A stretch of 64,000 nucleotides of DNA from Sporopachydermia quercuum (Eukaryota). Position numbers and translations under genes: made by a program. Under the pieces are notes generated by a model, which was given only the letters and a program-made list of their open reading frames with translations, did no database searches and was not told the origin of the DNA. Shown in pieces: positions 50,810-63,042 of this stretch. Each line of letters starts with the position of its first letter. Position 1 is the first letter of the stretch. The stretch lies in contig BCGN01000008.1 of assembly GCA_001599295.1 (NCBI GenBank), positions 930,001-994,000 of the forward strand, written 5' to 3'.

Positions 50810-52195
50810 TTAAATGTTCACATCAAATAGTCTTTCTAACTCGGAGATCGAAACATCTTCAGGACATTTAATATCTTGAGTGAGAAATCCCTGTCTAACA
50901 TCTTCAATCCATTTCTCCGACACGTTCATTACAAATGGAACATCCTGTAACAATTGCTGATGCAAAGTATATCTATTGAACGCAGGCTTAGTTTTCAATG
51001 GATTGGTACTTGCCACAGGAACTGATTTATTCAGAACCATTGGAGCTGTAGGAACAGGAGGCTCGTCTAATGAACTAACTGAGGAGGTGGTGGAAGCTAA
51101 AGTTGGCGCAGGAGATGCGCTTATTTTCCTTCTTTCTGGGGATAGAAAAGGCAGAGAAGATACAGAATCTGCTTTCAACTTTCTAGCTTTTTTCCGTTTT
51201 TTCGTAGTAGAGTCATCCTCTGCCACGTCATCTTCTTCCATATCATCATCATCATCCTCTTCATCATCATCATAAAGTACATCAAATTCATCAAAATCAT
51301 ATTCATCAGGTTGTGATTTAACTTGCTGAAGCTGATAAGTCAATGGAATATCCATAGTACTTGCTTCTATTTTAATGATTTGTGGAGCAGTTATTGTTGT
51401 ATCAGCACCGATGGCTAACGCACCATTCAGAGGAACGGAATCTTCTCGCTTGGTTTTCCTATACTTACGTTTTTTCACCTCACCATTTTGTGGAGCAGGT
51501 GAAGCAGAAGATCCTTGCTCTGTTTTCATTCCTGGAATTCCTCTTATAGGAACCTTCAGATAATAATCTGGACTCAGTAGACCTCTATAAACATAGACCA
51601 TTCTCTTAGGAGAGGCATCTGCCCAATCTCGAGTCAAGTTAAACGTCAAGCCCGCTTCACCCTTCTCTATTCTTTTAATATAAGCATTAAGTTTTGCTGA
51701 TACCAAGTTTGAGGTTTTCGTACTTAATTTATCCATTTCAGGATGTCGTGAAATAAGAACATCACAAACTTGTTTCACAGTCATACCAGAAGCATCAGGA
51801 TCGCAATCATATAATACTTGAAAAATAGCAAACAAAACATCATCATCAATAGAAGAATGTGGTGTTGGCGATGGTCTTTCTTTCAAAGAAATTTCTGCCT
51901 GATAGATAGAGTGAGCAGACGAAATCCTAGGTGGAGAACCAACTGATGTTGACGACGCTCTAGACTCATTATGTGAGGGTGAATGAGGTTCTGATGGTAA
52001 TTGCTTGCTGGATTTAGCTGCAATATTCACAGCTATTGGTTTGCTATTCAAAGAAGAATTAGAACTCTTCGAGATAGGACCTAACCCAGGAATAGATTTT
52101 GGTGTAGAACCTTCGAGACCATTGTAAGTGAAAGTCGGCGACGTGGGAGAGGAAATATCAGGAAATCCAACAGGTCTTGAGTTTAATAGCGTCAT
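50810..52195 (-). CDS. GDS1: Gds1-like winged-helix nuclear protein, 461 aa
   Basis: DDDVL.AIF..L, GMTVKQ.CD.L, LSTK.SNLVSAKLNAY.K..EKG, R.W..ASPKRMVYVYRG and C-terminal PE.VS..EL motifs. Tandem with CIR2, as in S. cerevisiae. Confidence 0.88.
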   Translation of the reverse strand: MTLLNSRPVGFPDISSPTSPTFTYNGLEGSTPKSIPGLGPISKSSNSSLNSKPIAVNIAAKSSKQLPSEPHSPSHNESRASSTSVGSPPRISSAHSIYQAEISLKERPSPTPHSSIDDDVLFAIFQVLYDCDPDASGMTVKQVCDVLISRHPEMDKLSTKTSNLVSAKLNAYIKRIEKGEAGLTFNLTRDWADASPKRMVYVYRGLLSPDYYLKVPIRGIPGMKTEQGSSASPAPQNGEVKKRKYRKTKREDSVPLNGALAIGADTTITAPQIIKIEASTMDIPLTYQLQQVKSQPDEYDFDEFDVLYDDDEEDDDDDMEEDDVAEDDSTTKKRKKARKLKADSVSSLPFLSPERRKISASPAPTLASTTSSVSSLDEPPVPTAPMVLNKSVPVASTNPLKTKPAFNRYTLHQQLLQDVPFVMNVSEKWIEDVRQGFLTQDIKCPEDVSISELERLFDVNI

Positions 52196-55100
52196 TTTGT
52201 TTTTTGTTGTATGTTTGTTTTGTTCCTTGAGATTGTCTTGACAAAAAAATAAATTTCGTCAAAAATTATAATACAAAGGCAAAGGGTATGTTATCGTAAA
52301 GTCGTTAAATGATAGAAAATAAATCAATACCTCTACCGCTTGTTGGCCCCGCCAATTTGCTAGTTCGCTTTATTGTTGAATAAAAAAAAAAGAGAATATA
52401 AAATATAAATTTACAATCGATGCTTTCTTGTCCTGTTCAACTCAAGAGTAGGAAAGAAGTTAGTAATGACAAGACAATATTGCGATAGGTAAAATGTGAT
52501 ACCTTTTTAGTTTAATTTAAGCCATCTTTAACCTTTTATCAAATTATTTGTTATTCATATTCATCAATCTTATCAAGCTAATTAGCAATTCGTCTTTCAA
52601 ACCTTTTCAAAAGAAGTTAACATTATATAACAATTTTCTTTCAAGTCGAAGTATTCAAATGTGTGAAAATGAAGTCTCTGTGTGTTTTGTGTTTTCAATT
52701 CAGTGTATTCTTTTCACCTATAAGGCTTTGAGTCTCAACCCGTTATTCCGGTAAACGAGGCCTTTTCGTCTAAAGCTCAAGAGTTAAACTCAAACTTACT
52801 CCTGCACCTTACTGCAGTTTTCCCCGTTCCGTCCCAGTCCGGTTCCGGAGAAATTCGCAAACCGAGAAAAATGAGACAGACAGAAAAAAAGACGCAAAGT
52901 TTAAATAGAAGTTGCCTTAACCTATTGATAGGACAAGTAGGATTCTGAAAAAGTTGGGATTGAAATGACATGAATAAGAAAAAGGTTGATCGAGTAGCGA
53001 AGTGAAAAATGTTGTGAAGAATATGATGTGCTGATTGAAGTTGATTGATGGATGGCATTGCTGATAAAAGTAGACGGTGAAAATAAGGAATAATTTTAGA
53101 ATGATAGTAATAAAGCAAACATACCTTTTAGACAATGATCTGTAAATGATTTAAGATTTAATAACCAAAGACCAATTACAGGTAACAAGCAAAAAAAAGC
53201 AATGATAATGTTGTACTAGATCAAAGCAGTGATAATACAAGTGAGTGAAAGAACGTTATCATGAAAAGCGAAATATCAGTTATTGATAAAGAGCTTCTAG
53301 AGATGATAGTTCAAAATTGAAACTTGTTTCATGAGCCAGGCTATATGCTATCTTCAGGTTTTATAGGTAAACAATAAGAACCAATAAGTTCTTCACAAGA
53401 AGTAAACTAATCCGTCCGGGGTGTTATAAATGACTCCAAAGACAATTCAGTTACTGTAACTCATTCCTTTATTCAATAGAGCTCTGACAGTCAACAAAAG
53501 AAAAACCAGAAATGTTTGTTATTATATCCAATATGGAGCTGAGATTACGATACAAGAAGAAACGTACAAGAGACAGCCAGTATCGAAGGATGTGAATCCT
53601 CTGTATAAATCTGTAGCAAACAAAGCTAGCGGAAGCAGACAAATATTGGATTCATAGAACAACTTGATCTGTTTCGTAAATTGGGTCTTGAAGGAGAGAA
53701 AAAAAGATTTGATACTTGTAATTATATATAAATGTTTAGCTTATATTTCATGTTTTCATTGTAAATGAACAAATAAATGTCAAAGAGGAATTCTTACTGG
53801 CATAGAAAGTGATCTATTAGAGTTCCCTATACAATAAAGTTTCATTAATTTTATCTGCTATTTGAACTTTAAGCTTTTAAGTGCTTCTGATTAGGATGAT
53901 AAATAGACATTGTATTTGTATCAAGTCTTTTTTATGGACCATATAGCAACAAATTATTATTTACTCGCTTTCCTGTATTTGATCTTGAAAATGGGTTGTA
54001 GCTATGAAATAGAAGCTCGTGGATTGTTGATCTACTGAATTGTTTCGAGAATAAATTGAAAAAACAGAACGAAGAAGAGTTCAAATTTAGTTTAAACCTT
54101 AATGCGCAATTCTCAAACTTATAAACTAGTGAAACAAGAGGATTAGGAAGATGTAGACAAGAAGCAAAGGAAACATAAGCGAAAAAAGATTTGCTGATGA
54201 GCTCGGGAATGGTGAGGGATTGAATCAATGAGAATAAGTTCCAATGATGCTTCCTTTAAAATACAAATTCTTTTTGTAACATTACATCAAGGAACCATGA
54301 TTCATCAACTGCGAGAAGATTTAATGATCTCATTAGAACTTTGAATCGCAAAGGGTTAAGCTATATATAGGAATGAAATGATTAGATAGAAGTAGGGAAC
54401 ATCAACTGACAACTGATTTGACCCTTGGTATCGCTGTGGTTTATAGCAAGTTTTTTTCTTGAAAGAATAAATGATAGTCTACTTGTCGACTGAAACTTGA
54501 GAATTGCAAACAACGGTACGGGAGTCATTTTTCAAAGAGGACTACTTCTATGCGATTTTTAGTTGACCATCTTATCACATAGCACTACTTAGCTCAATGC
54601 AGCATACGAGAGTATACAAGCAAATTTGGTTCTATTTGGATTGCTACAATAAGCAATGAATATCATAATATATAATATCATTATATATTAGAATCTTGAG
54701 AATGGAAACGGTGTCTACCTTAATAAACAATGCTGAAAAATGTCAAATTGAAAATCAAATGCAATACCATTGTTCAGCAGAAATAAGCTCAGAATCTCAT
54801 TCCTAAAAACTTTTAATGACAAGTCAACAGTTTCATGCTTTCACTTGATTCCCTAAATTCTTTCAGCACAATCTACTACATTTCTTTCCATTTGAATGCT
54901 GTGAACCAGATTAATCAGTAAATAGTGATTATATTGAAATTCATTTGATCCAGAAAGTCTGATATCTTCCAAATAAAGTTAAAGTTCAAGTAAATGTATT
55001 TACTTTAAAGAAGACTAGTTTTCCCAAGAGGCAAACAAAAATTTTCTACCAAACAGATATGATTAATTCCTTAAAAAAATTAATATCACAATCTTGTTAG

Positions 55101-55864
55101 ATTTGAAATATGGTATTTTGTGAATAACTTGGAAATACATCTGTTTTCTTCTCACCGAATGAACATAGAAGCTAGAAGATAGATATATGCAAGAATATGC
55201 CGAAAATCTGCAAACAGGCAAATTAACTAATTCTTGGGACTAATCTCAAAACTTATTTTGAAGGTAGTCGAAGCTATGCACCATTGTGACCTGATAATAT
55301 TCAGTAGCTTCAAACTTTATGGTGTTTACGGGTTTCTATGCATTAACTTAATTTTGTAGGATAACAGAAGGTTTGAATAGAGAACAGGTACATGAGACAA
55401 TAATTGATCAGTCGTAGCATAAAGGGAGATAAGGGGATATTGTACTTCTAAGAAATTCAACAAGCTGCTACTAGGATGATAAATTCAGAGAAAGAAAAGC
55501 AACATTCAATCTTAGATGGCCTATGGAGGAAAGCATTAGTGCTTGAATTAAGGGAATTCAACTCGATTCACCAAGTAGAATAATTTTTCGTGGGACAGTT
55601 ATTTTGTTGATATTCTATTACCATAATCAGATAAAATGTAGCTAATTATTGCTAAAACTACACTAATAGGTGGAATTCTGTAGAAGTTGTTGTCTATAAT
55701 TTATAGGTTTAAGTTTAGTTTTATCTTATCAAACCTTATTCGGAAGACTGAGTTATGATTGTGTGGGTTGAAAAGTTTGACAGTCACTAATACACCTTTA
55801 AATGTCCCCGAGAAATAATAAAAGTAAGTTTCAGCATATGGACGCACAAAAAACCTTCCTCTTT

Positions 55865-56306
55865 TCACGTGTCATTTTTTGGAAAGAAGTTAATTCTCTT
55901 TCTCGGAGNTCGGGAAGAATAGGGTAAGAGGGATTTACTAATTCAAACTGCATCGTTACCTTCTGGTTTTATAGATAGAGACTCTGATTTGAAGTAATGC
56001 CTCCTCGTGATATTTGAAGTTGAAAGAACGGGTTATAACGAGCAACAAACTTTAAGGAGTAGTTTTACTTACGAAATGAGCACAAGGCGATTGTTCGGCC
56101 ATAAAAATAGTTATATGTTGTACTACAGTCACCTCTCAGTAGTTCTGAATGCAAATAAATAATATACATATACACATATATTAAGGGGTAACTTATAACT
56201 GTTATTGATCTCACACGAAGTCGATCAGAGATAGATACCTTGGCCTATACTTTCAATCTCGCCAAAAGTGACTCACATGACTCTCGAGAAAATACCTGCA
56301 TGACTG
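55865..56306. promoter_or_regulatory. Distal bHLH and bZIP site cluster (TCACGTG at 55865; TGACTCA at 56269; TGACTC at 56278)
   Basis: Exact matches to Cbf1-type and Gcn4-type consensus sites in the GDS1-GAP1 intergenic region. The target gene is not determined. Confidence 0.35.
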
Positions 56307-56995
56307 GTAAGCAAGAGAAACAAGCAATTCTTACATTTTGAACTAGTTTGTAATTTGGTACTTGTTTTATTTGTTTAATATCTAATNCTGCTTCACTTTA
56401 CATTATTTTATCTAGAGGATTCATTCGGGTATATTTTAACTATAAGAAGGCACTTCCTTTTAGAGTAACCTGAGCATTCTCACCACTATCCAGTATAGAT
56501 AGCCCTGAGTCTATAGCAGCACTCAAGAAGGAATATTTTCAATCCATTCTCTGCTAGTATTCAATAATCAAATCTCAAGATATAATCATCCAGCGAAAAT
56601 TAAATAGAAGAGATAAATCAAAAAAGTCCGAGACTTCTTGAACGTTTCTGCTATATGCGTGATTATTATTCTTTCACCGTTCGAAATGAACAAAGTAGTA
56701 ATGGAAATCGAGCCATGTCCACAAAAATTTTAGAAACCAGTTTGGGACTACAAAAATCATGTGATGCTTCTCGAACAATCAAAGCAATCCACTTAATCAA
56801 CGCCTTTTGTGCTCTTTCACAATTGGCTACTTAAAATTTGATCAGAAAAGCAGTTTCTTCAGATGCCCTATATCTAATCCGATTGCCAATTGACAAGTAT
56901 CACGCCGTTTAGCAGATCAAATGAAAATTATTCACCATAGTAATATCGGTGCCGTTCTTTCTGAAAATAAGAACATTGCAGGGCCCCACGAAAGG

Positions 56996-58669
56996 CTTAT
57001 CATTCCTAACGGGTACCATAGTTCTCACACGATCTTGCAAAATCTGGGGAACATAATCCATGATGCCGTATAATGATAGTAATAATATACTATCCCCATT
57101 GCATTAAGTATCCAAAAAGTCATCCCATTGAGAAAGTCCACCATATATTGAGACGAAACCTGAATCTTATCATAAATAAAGTTGGAGCTAATTAAGATAA
57201 AATTTGAATATATGCCCTTTGCGGATGTTGAACGAGATTAGCTTTAATAAAGTTTGACATCTTAATCATCAGTCTATCTCAATGAGAACAAACCACATCG
57301 CATCAAACATACCTACGGATATTCATTCAATACAAACATCATGCATTGAATCTGAACTTGTCAGTAGCTCTGAAACTGGTATCTTAAGTATTTCGAAAAA
57401 ATACTGCAGTTTTTGTTCCCAATAGAGTAGTTATAGAGTATTGGTATACGGTCGCACTAGTAACGAAAGGCTAAACGGATTATTCCTGATAAGTAATTCC
57501 AGTAGTCAAATTGACTTGCACTTATCATAGTAACACGGCATTTCTTTATAGTTGTATGCTGATAAGGACAATATATTATTTAACAGTACCATAAAAGAAT
57601 TCTGGTCAATGCGAGTTGTAGAAAACCAGTTATTTTGTTAAAATCATCAATCGTAAGACAAAATAGAACTCAAACAATACAAGATTTCTTCGAATTTCTT
57701 ATCAACGCCATTGTACTTTAGGCGTCCTGCTAATTCAATGCCCTTTACAATGTAATTGGCTAGATTCTTTAATTGGAGAAAATATTGGATTTATTAGTAT
57801 CCCTTCCGATCGTTGGTACTTTAGGGAGGCATAGACAAATATTATTAGCTCATATCTTTAATTCTTTTTTTTCCACGATATACTTTACACAGAGAAAAGC
57901 AGAAGAAAAGGGGGAAAAATTGGACGATGTGGCATAATACAAGAAAAATGTTTGATAAGTGGAATTATAGATAAGGGCGTCCGCTGCATGTCGAATAAAG
58001 ATCTAACACATGAATTGTGTCGAACTATTCGATAATCTATGATATGACATCATATTATTGAGTATTTTAATCATCAAAACAGATGCCAGTTAATTAAGAG
58101 AATGAAGCTGATTGATAGAAATAATCCAGCAATTGTTATAATATCTCTTTTCAATTCTGCTTACCCTTCATAGAGGTAACTGTAGCGTCAATGACTAGTT
58201 ACGAGCAAAATCAGTAATCGGTACCACCATAGTACATATCACTTATTCTTTTTTGATTTTCATTCAGGACATTCAGTATAATTTTCAGTTGATAACAACG
58301 GAACTTATAATTTTTCTTATAATCAAGAAATACATAACCTATCAATGAATGATTGAATCGTCACCAAATTATTAGCAAAGCACTTTGAACAAGACGCTTT
58401 TGATACTGTTCCAGATCCTAGCTCTAAAGTATACGTCTTACGTAAAGGCATCGATTTAATGCCTTGCACTTTTTAAGAAGTTAAACCTTAATGTAAAAAC
58501 CTATAATAACCTTATTGAAGTTCAACATAAAATAATCAAAGTTAAACACTAACTCTTCTCTAACGTTTAATCTATATCTCAATTCCATACATTATTATTA
58601 CTTCAATGTCACTTACTTCGTATCAAATTTTACCTTTCATATACTGATTTCATAATTCGTCCACTTATC
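56996..58669. promoter_or_regulatory. Cluster of nine GATAAG (UAS-NTR) elements upstream of GAP1
   Basis: GATAAG/CTTATC at 56996, 57166, 57488, 57521, 57561, 57698, 57954, 57970 and 58664. These are known Gln3/Gat1 sites and lie upstream of a general amino-acid permease. Confidence 0.8.
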
Positions 58670-58944
58670 AGATTACCAAGATTACCATATCCAATATGAG
58701 GGTTTCTTCAGATGTTTATATATACATATATATCTTTCTTGTTCCTCGTTTCAAAACAATCATTATTCTTCAAACCTTTCAACTTTCACTTCCTCTCCAA
58801 GTAAAAGCAAACAACATTTTGGATTTCAAATAGCCTTGAATTAATTGTTTCTGGGATTCACGTACCTGTTATTATCTAGTCAGTAGTGAAACTTAGGGTT
58901 CCTAGTTGATGTCAAGTTTCTAGGTAAAAGAACTTTTCAACAGA

Positions 58945-60684
58945 ATGTCTCAAGACGACAAGAAGTTATCAATCTCTACTTCACCAGTGAGTGAAACTGG
59001 GGATGTTTATACCCCAGCAGAAAATGAAGAGTTATCAGGATGGGCTAAATTCAAAGATTCTTTCAGTAGGATGGACGACAAGGAATTAGAGCTCGATCCT
59101 AATATGACCGAACTTGAAAAAGCCATTGCAAAGACCGCTCAATCACCATTAAGTAGAAGATTGAAATCAAGACACTTACAAATGATTGCCATTGGTGGTT
59201 CTATTGGTACTGGTTTATTTGTGGGTTCAGGTGGTGCTTTAGCCAGTGGTGGACCAGCTGCTGTTTTAATTGCTTGGTTATTAGTTGGTGGTATGATGTT
59301 TGCAACCGTTCACGCTTTAGGAGAGTTGGCTGTCAGATTCCCTGTTTCTGGTGCTTTCTCTACATATTCTTCTCGATTTTTAGACCCTTCCTGGGGTTTT
59401 GCCATGGGTTGGAATTATGCTATGCAATGGCTAGTTGTTTTTCCTTTGGAATTAGTTGCCGCTTCTATTACCATTAACTACTGGAATACAACTATTAATC
59501 ATGTGGCTTGGATTTCTATCTTCTGGGTAGTTATTGTTTGTATTAATTTCTTTGGTGTTAAAGGTTATGGTGAAGCTGAATTCGTCTTCTCTCTAATTAA
59601 AGTCATTGCTGTGGTCGGTTACATCATATTGGGTATTATCTTGGTCTGCGGTGGTGGTCCTCAAGGTGGATATATCGGAGGAACATATTGGCATAATCCT
59701 GGTGCTTTTGCTAATGGATTCAAAGGTGTATGTAATGTGTTTGTTACTGCAGCTTTCTCATTTGCTGGTACCGAATTGTGCGGTTTAGCTGCTGCTGAAA
59801 CTGCCAACCCTAGAAAGTCTTTACCTCCTGCCACTAAGCAAGTTTTCTGGAGAATTACTCTTTTCTATATTATCTGCCTGACTTTAGTTGGTCTATTGGT
59901 CCCTTACGATGATCCAAGATTGATTTCCAACTCCTCTGTTGATGCTGCTGCTTCTCCTTTTGTCATTTCAATTGTTAATGCTGGCATTAGTGGATTACCT
60001 TCTGTTATGAATGCGGTTATCATGATTGCTGTTTTATCTGTTGGTAATTCTTCCATCTATGGCTGTTCAAGAACTTTGGCTGCTTTGGCTGCTCAAGGTC
60101 AAGCTCCTTCTATTCTCGGTTACATTGATAAAGACGGTCGACCTTTAGTTGGAATTATTTTAACTTCCGTCTTTGGTTTACTATCATTTGTTGCTGCTTC
60201 ACCAAAACAAGGTGAGGTGTTTAATTGGCTGTTAGCTTTATCTGGTTTGTCTTCTATTTTCACTTGGGGTTCCATTTGCTTATGCCATATCAGATTTAGA
60301 TATGTTTTAAGTAAGAACGGTAGAGATACCAATGAACTTGCTTTCAAATCAATGTGTGGAGTTTATGGATCCTGGTTTGGTTTCATTTTGAACTGTTTAA
60401 TTCTTGTTGCACAATTCTGGGTTGCTGTTTGGCCTCTTGGTGGAAAGCCAGATGCTCAAGTGTTCTTCCAATCATACTTGGCTGTACCTGTTGTTCTTAT
60501 CTTCTATATTGGCCATAAACTTTGGACTAAGAACTGGAAATTTTACATTAGAAGTAATGAAATGGATATTGATTCTGGTAGAAGAGAATTTGACTTGGAA
60601 CTATTAAAGCAAGAATTAGCTGAAGAGCGTGCTTATTTGAAGTCTAGACAATGGTGGTATAGAACTTATAAGTTCTGGTGTTAA
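58945..60684 (+). CDS. GAP1: General amino acid permease (YAT/APC family), 579 aa
   Basis: LKSRHLQMIAIGGSIGTGLFVGSG, GVKGYGEAEF, AAFSFAGTEL and KQVFWRI motifs, about 12 TM segments, a C-terminal FWC motif and a GATA-rich promoter. Confidence 0.88.
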   Translation: MSQDDKKLSISTSPVSETGDVYTPAENEELSGWAKFKDSFSRMDDKELELDPNMTELEKAIAKTAQSPLSRRLKSRHLQMIAIGGSIGTGLFVGSGGALASGGPAAVLIAWLLVGGMMFATVHALGELAVRFPVSGAFSTYSSRFLDPSWGFAMGWNYAMQWLVVFPLELVAASITINYWNTTINHVAWISIFWVVIVCINFFGVKGYGEAEFVFSLIKVIAVVGYIILGIILVCGGGPQGGYIGGTYWHNPGAFANGFKGVCNVFVTAAFSFAGTELCGLAAAETANPRKSLPPATKQVFWRITLFYIICLTLVGLLVPYDDPRLISNSSVDAAASPFVISIVNAGISGLPSVMNAVIMIAVLSVGNSSIYGCSRTLAALAAQGQAPSILGYIDKDGRPLVGIILTSVFGLLSFVAASPKQGEVFNWLLALSGLSSIFTWGSICLCHIRFRYVLSKNGRDTNELAFKSMCGVYGSWFGFILNCLILVAQFWVAVWPLGGKPDAQVFFQSYLAVPVVLIFYIGHKLWTKNWKFYIRSNEMDIDSGRREFDLELLKQELAEERAYLKSRQWWYRTYKFWC

Positions 60685-62132
60685 GAGAAGACGCTGGGAA
60701 GTTGTGTTTATTTTGAAGATTAGTGATAAAAGAAGAACTGGTGTTTTCTAAAAATGTTATATATTAAATTATGAATGGAAATAGATATAGAAAGTATTAC
60801 GTATTTGTAAGTACATGAGAAAGGTAAATGTAACTTTTGAAAGGCTCTTAGCTTTTCTGAAAACATTCGGTCTTATAAGATTATAAGCTGCAAATACATG
60901 GTTCTATGGTATATTTCTTCTGACTTCCACAGACTCCAAGGNGGATGATATAATAGACATAAGCATTAGTCTTACAAATAGTATAATAGTTTTACATCCG
61001 GTAATGAGACCTCATTTAGTTAGAACTTTTTCATGAGAAATCACCAAAACAAAATACTAAAATTCATTCTAGAAATAATAATAATAAAACTAGTTGAAAT
61101 AAGATAAATCCAGGATAAATAAGAACAAACAGATGAAACGTTCTGCAACAGTACCGTCTTGGCTCTTACATGGGTATATATTAGTTGGGAACATACTATC
61201 TCCACTGAAATATAGGAACGATACTTCAATCAAAAAAGAAGTCGTTATCTAACCATTCAAGCATAATTGTCGATTTCAATGGTTTCTTTATTTTATTTCC
61301 TTTCAAGTAGTTTCCTAATAATAAGCCTTCAATTAATGAATACCATGTCACTCATTGATCCAAGAACAGCTTTTAAGTTCAGGGCAATCTGAGATGTACT
61401 TGACATAAAGTTTGTAATTAATCCGTGCGGCTAAAAGTAAGATGGGCTTGGTATATCCTTCAATCCGTATAAATATTTTGGTAATTTGAATCAAGAACTA
61501 TAACGTCTTTTTTAAGATAAGAGAATATCAACATAAACAGTTACATTGGAGCAATCAGAAATTTTGACTGTTGCAAGAAAACTCATCTACAAAACATCAC
61601 CGCAAGCAGTTCACAGTATCTTTGAGATGTATTTTTGGGTCAACGGCAGTCTGACGACTTCCAAACCAGAATATTGTATTAGTATCCAAACTTTATTATT
61701 AAGGTTGAACCTGAACAGGCTGACATCTTCGAATCTAATTGCCATGATGCATAAAATCATTGGCATCTTAAAGCATTAGGGCAAATGCAAACAAACCTAT
61801 ATCGCCTCTAACCCTTCCTAGGTAATACTTACATTTCAATCAAAACAGACTCTTTTGGCAACCAGCAATATTATCTAAAGATTGTACAACCAACCCATAA
61901 ACAGTCTACTGACTAGTTTCCATCTTCATCAAAGTTTATCAAGCCAAAAATATAGATAAATGATCACGTAATCAGGTATCAAACTTGCAAGTCCCATTCA
62001 AAACCTAATTTCGTTTTCTCATCGCTTCCTTCTTCCCCGCGNTCTCCCAATAAAAACTGCTCACTTACAACGAAAAAGAAGTCAAAAATTCTAAGCTCTA
62101 TAGTTCAAATCCATCGTCCTCTACTCAATATT

Positions 62133-63042
62133 ATGATAGAGAAACTAGCGTTACGGTTTCGAAAAAGTTTCATGACAATGATCGATTTAAAGAATAAGGT
62201 TGTACTTGTAACTGGAGGTTCAAGAGGACTGGGAGCAGAGATAGCTAAACAATTTGCACTAGAAGGAAGTAAGATTGCAATAAATTATGCTAATTCTGAG
62301 GTCAGAGCTAAGGAGACTGTAGAAGAACTGAAAAAGTTGCATCCTGATGTTGAGATTGAGTTGATTCAAGGAGATATGTTCCAACCTGAAACACCTGATA
62401 ATATAATACAGTCAGTGGTAAGGAGGTTTGGTACCATCGATGTTGTGATCAGCAACCATGGTTGGACTAAGATGGTTACCCATACAGATTTAGATTCTGT
62501 TAATGATGAGTTATGGGATGGAGTATTTGATATGAACGTGAAATCACATTTTAAACTCTTCCGCGCCGCCAGACCTTATTTTGAGAATTCACCTGAAGGT
62601 GGCTCATTCATTGTATCAGCATCTGTGGCAGGAATTGCTCTGAGAGGAAGTAGTATTCCATATTGCGTATCAAAAGCAGGATTGATACATATGGTGAAGC
62701 TGTTAGCTAAGAGTTTTGCTCCTAAGTGTCGTGTTCATGCTGTTTGCCCGGGCATTCTGCTGACAGAGGTAAGTTTGGGTTAATGTCAACCGCTCACGGT
62801 TTCAAAACATTTTTTGATNTTTTTGCTGCAATCCCAAATTGCTATTTACATGTCTTTACTAATATAAAATTCAGTGGGGATTACAATTTCCGGAAGATAG
62901 GTTAAGAGATATGACCCAGTCGTCACCAATGAAGACAGCGACTGATATCCCTGAGACTGCATTACAGTATATCACGTTAGCCAAGTGTTCAACTTCCACT
63001 GGCTCAATTGTCAGTATTGATGCAGGTTTGAGTTTAGTATAG
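62133..63042 (+). CDS. Classical short-chain dehydrogenase/reductase, 2 exons, up to 267 aa
   Basis: TGGSRGLG, SVAG and YCVSK motifs. Intron 62769-62874 (GTAAGT..TACTAAT..CAG) restores CPGILLTEWG...TGSIVSIDAGL. The start could be 62133, 62172 or 62178. Confidence 0.92.

Noticed and set aside
54666..54690. 11-bp inverted repeat TAATATATAAT-atc-ATTATATATTA
   Set aside because: Arms are pure A/T low-complexity sequence, so the match is likely chance.
55865..55920. Point centromere (CDEI TCACGTG)
   Set aside because: No long, extremely AT-rich CDEII followed by a CDEIII-type CCG element at the expected spacing on either side.
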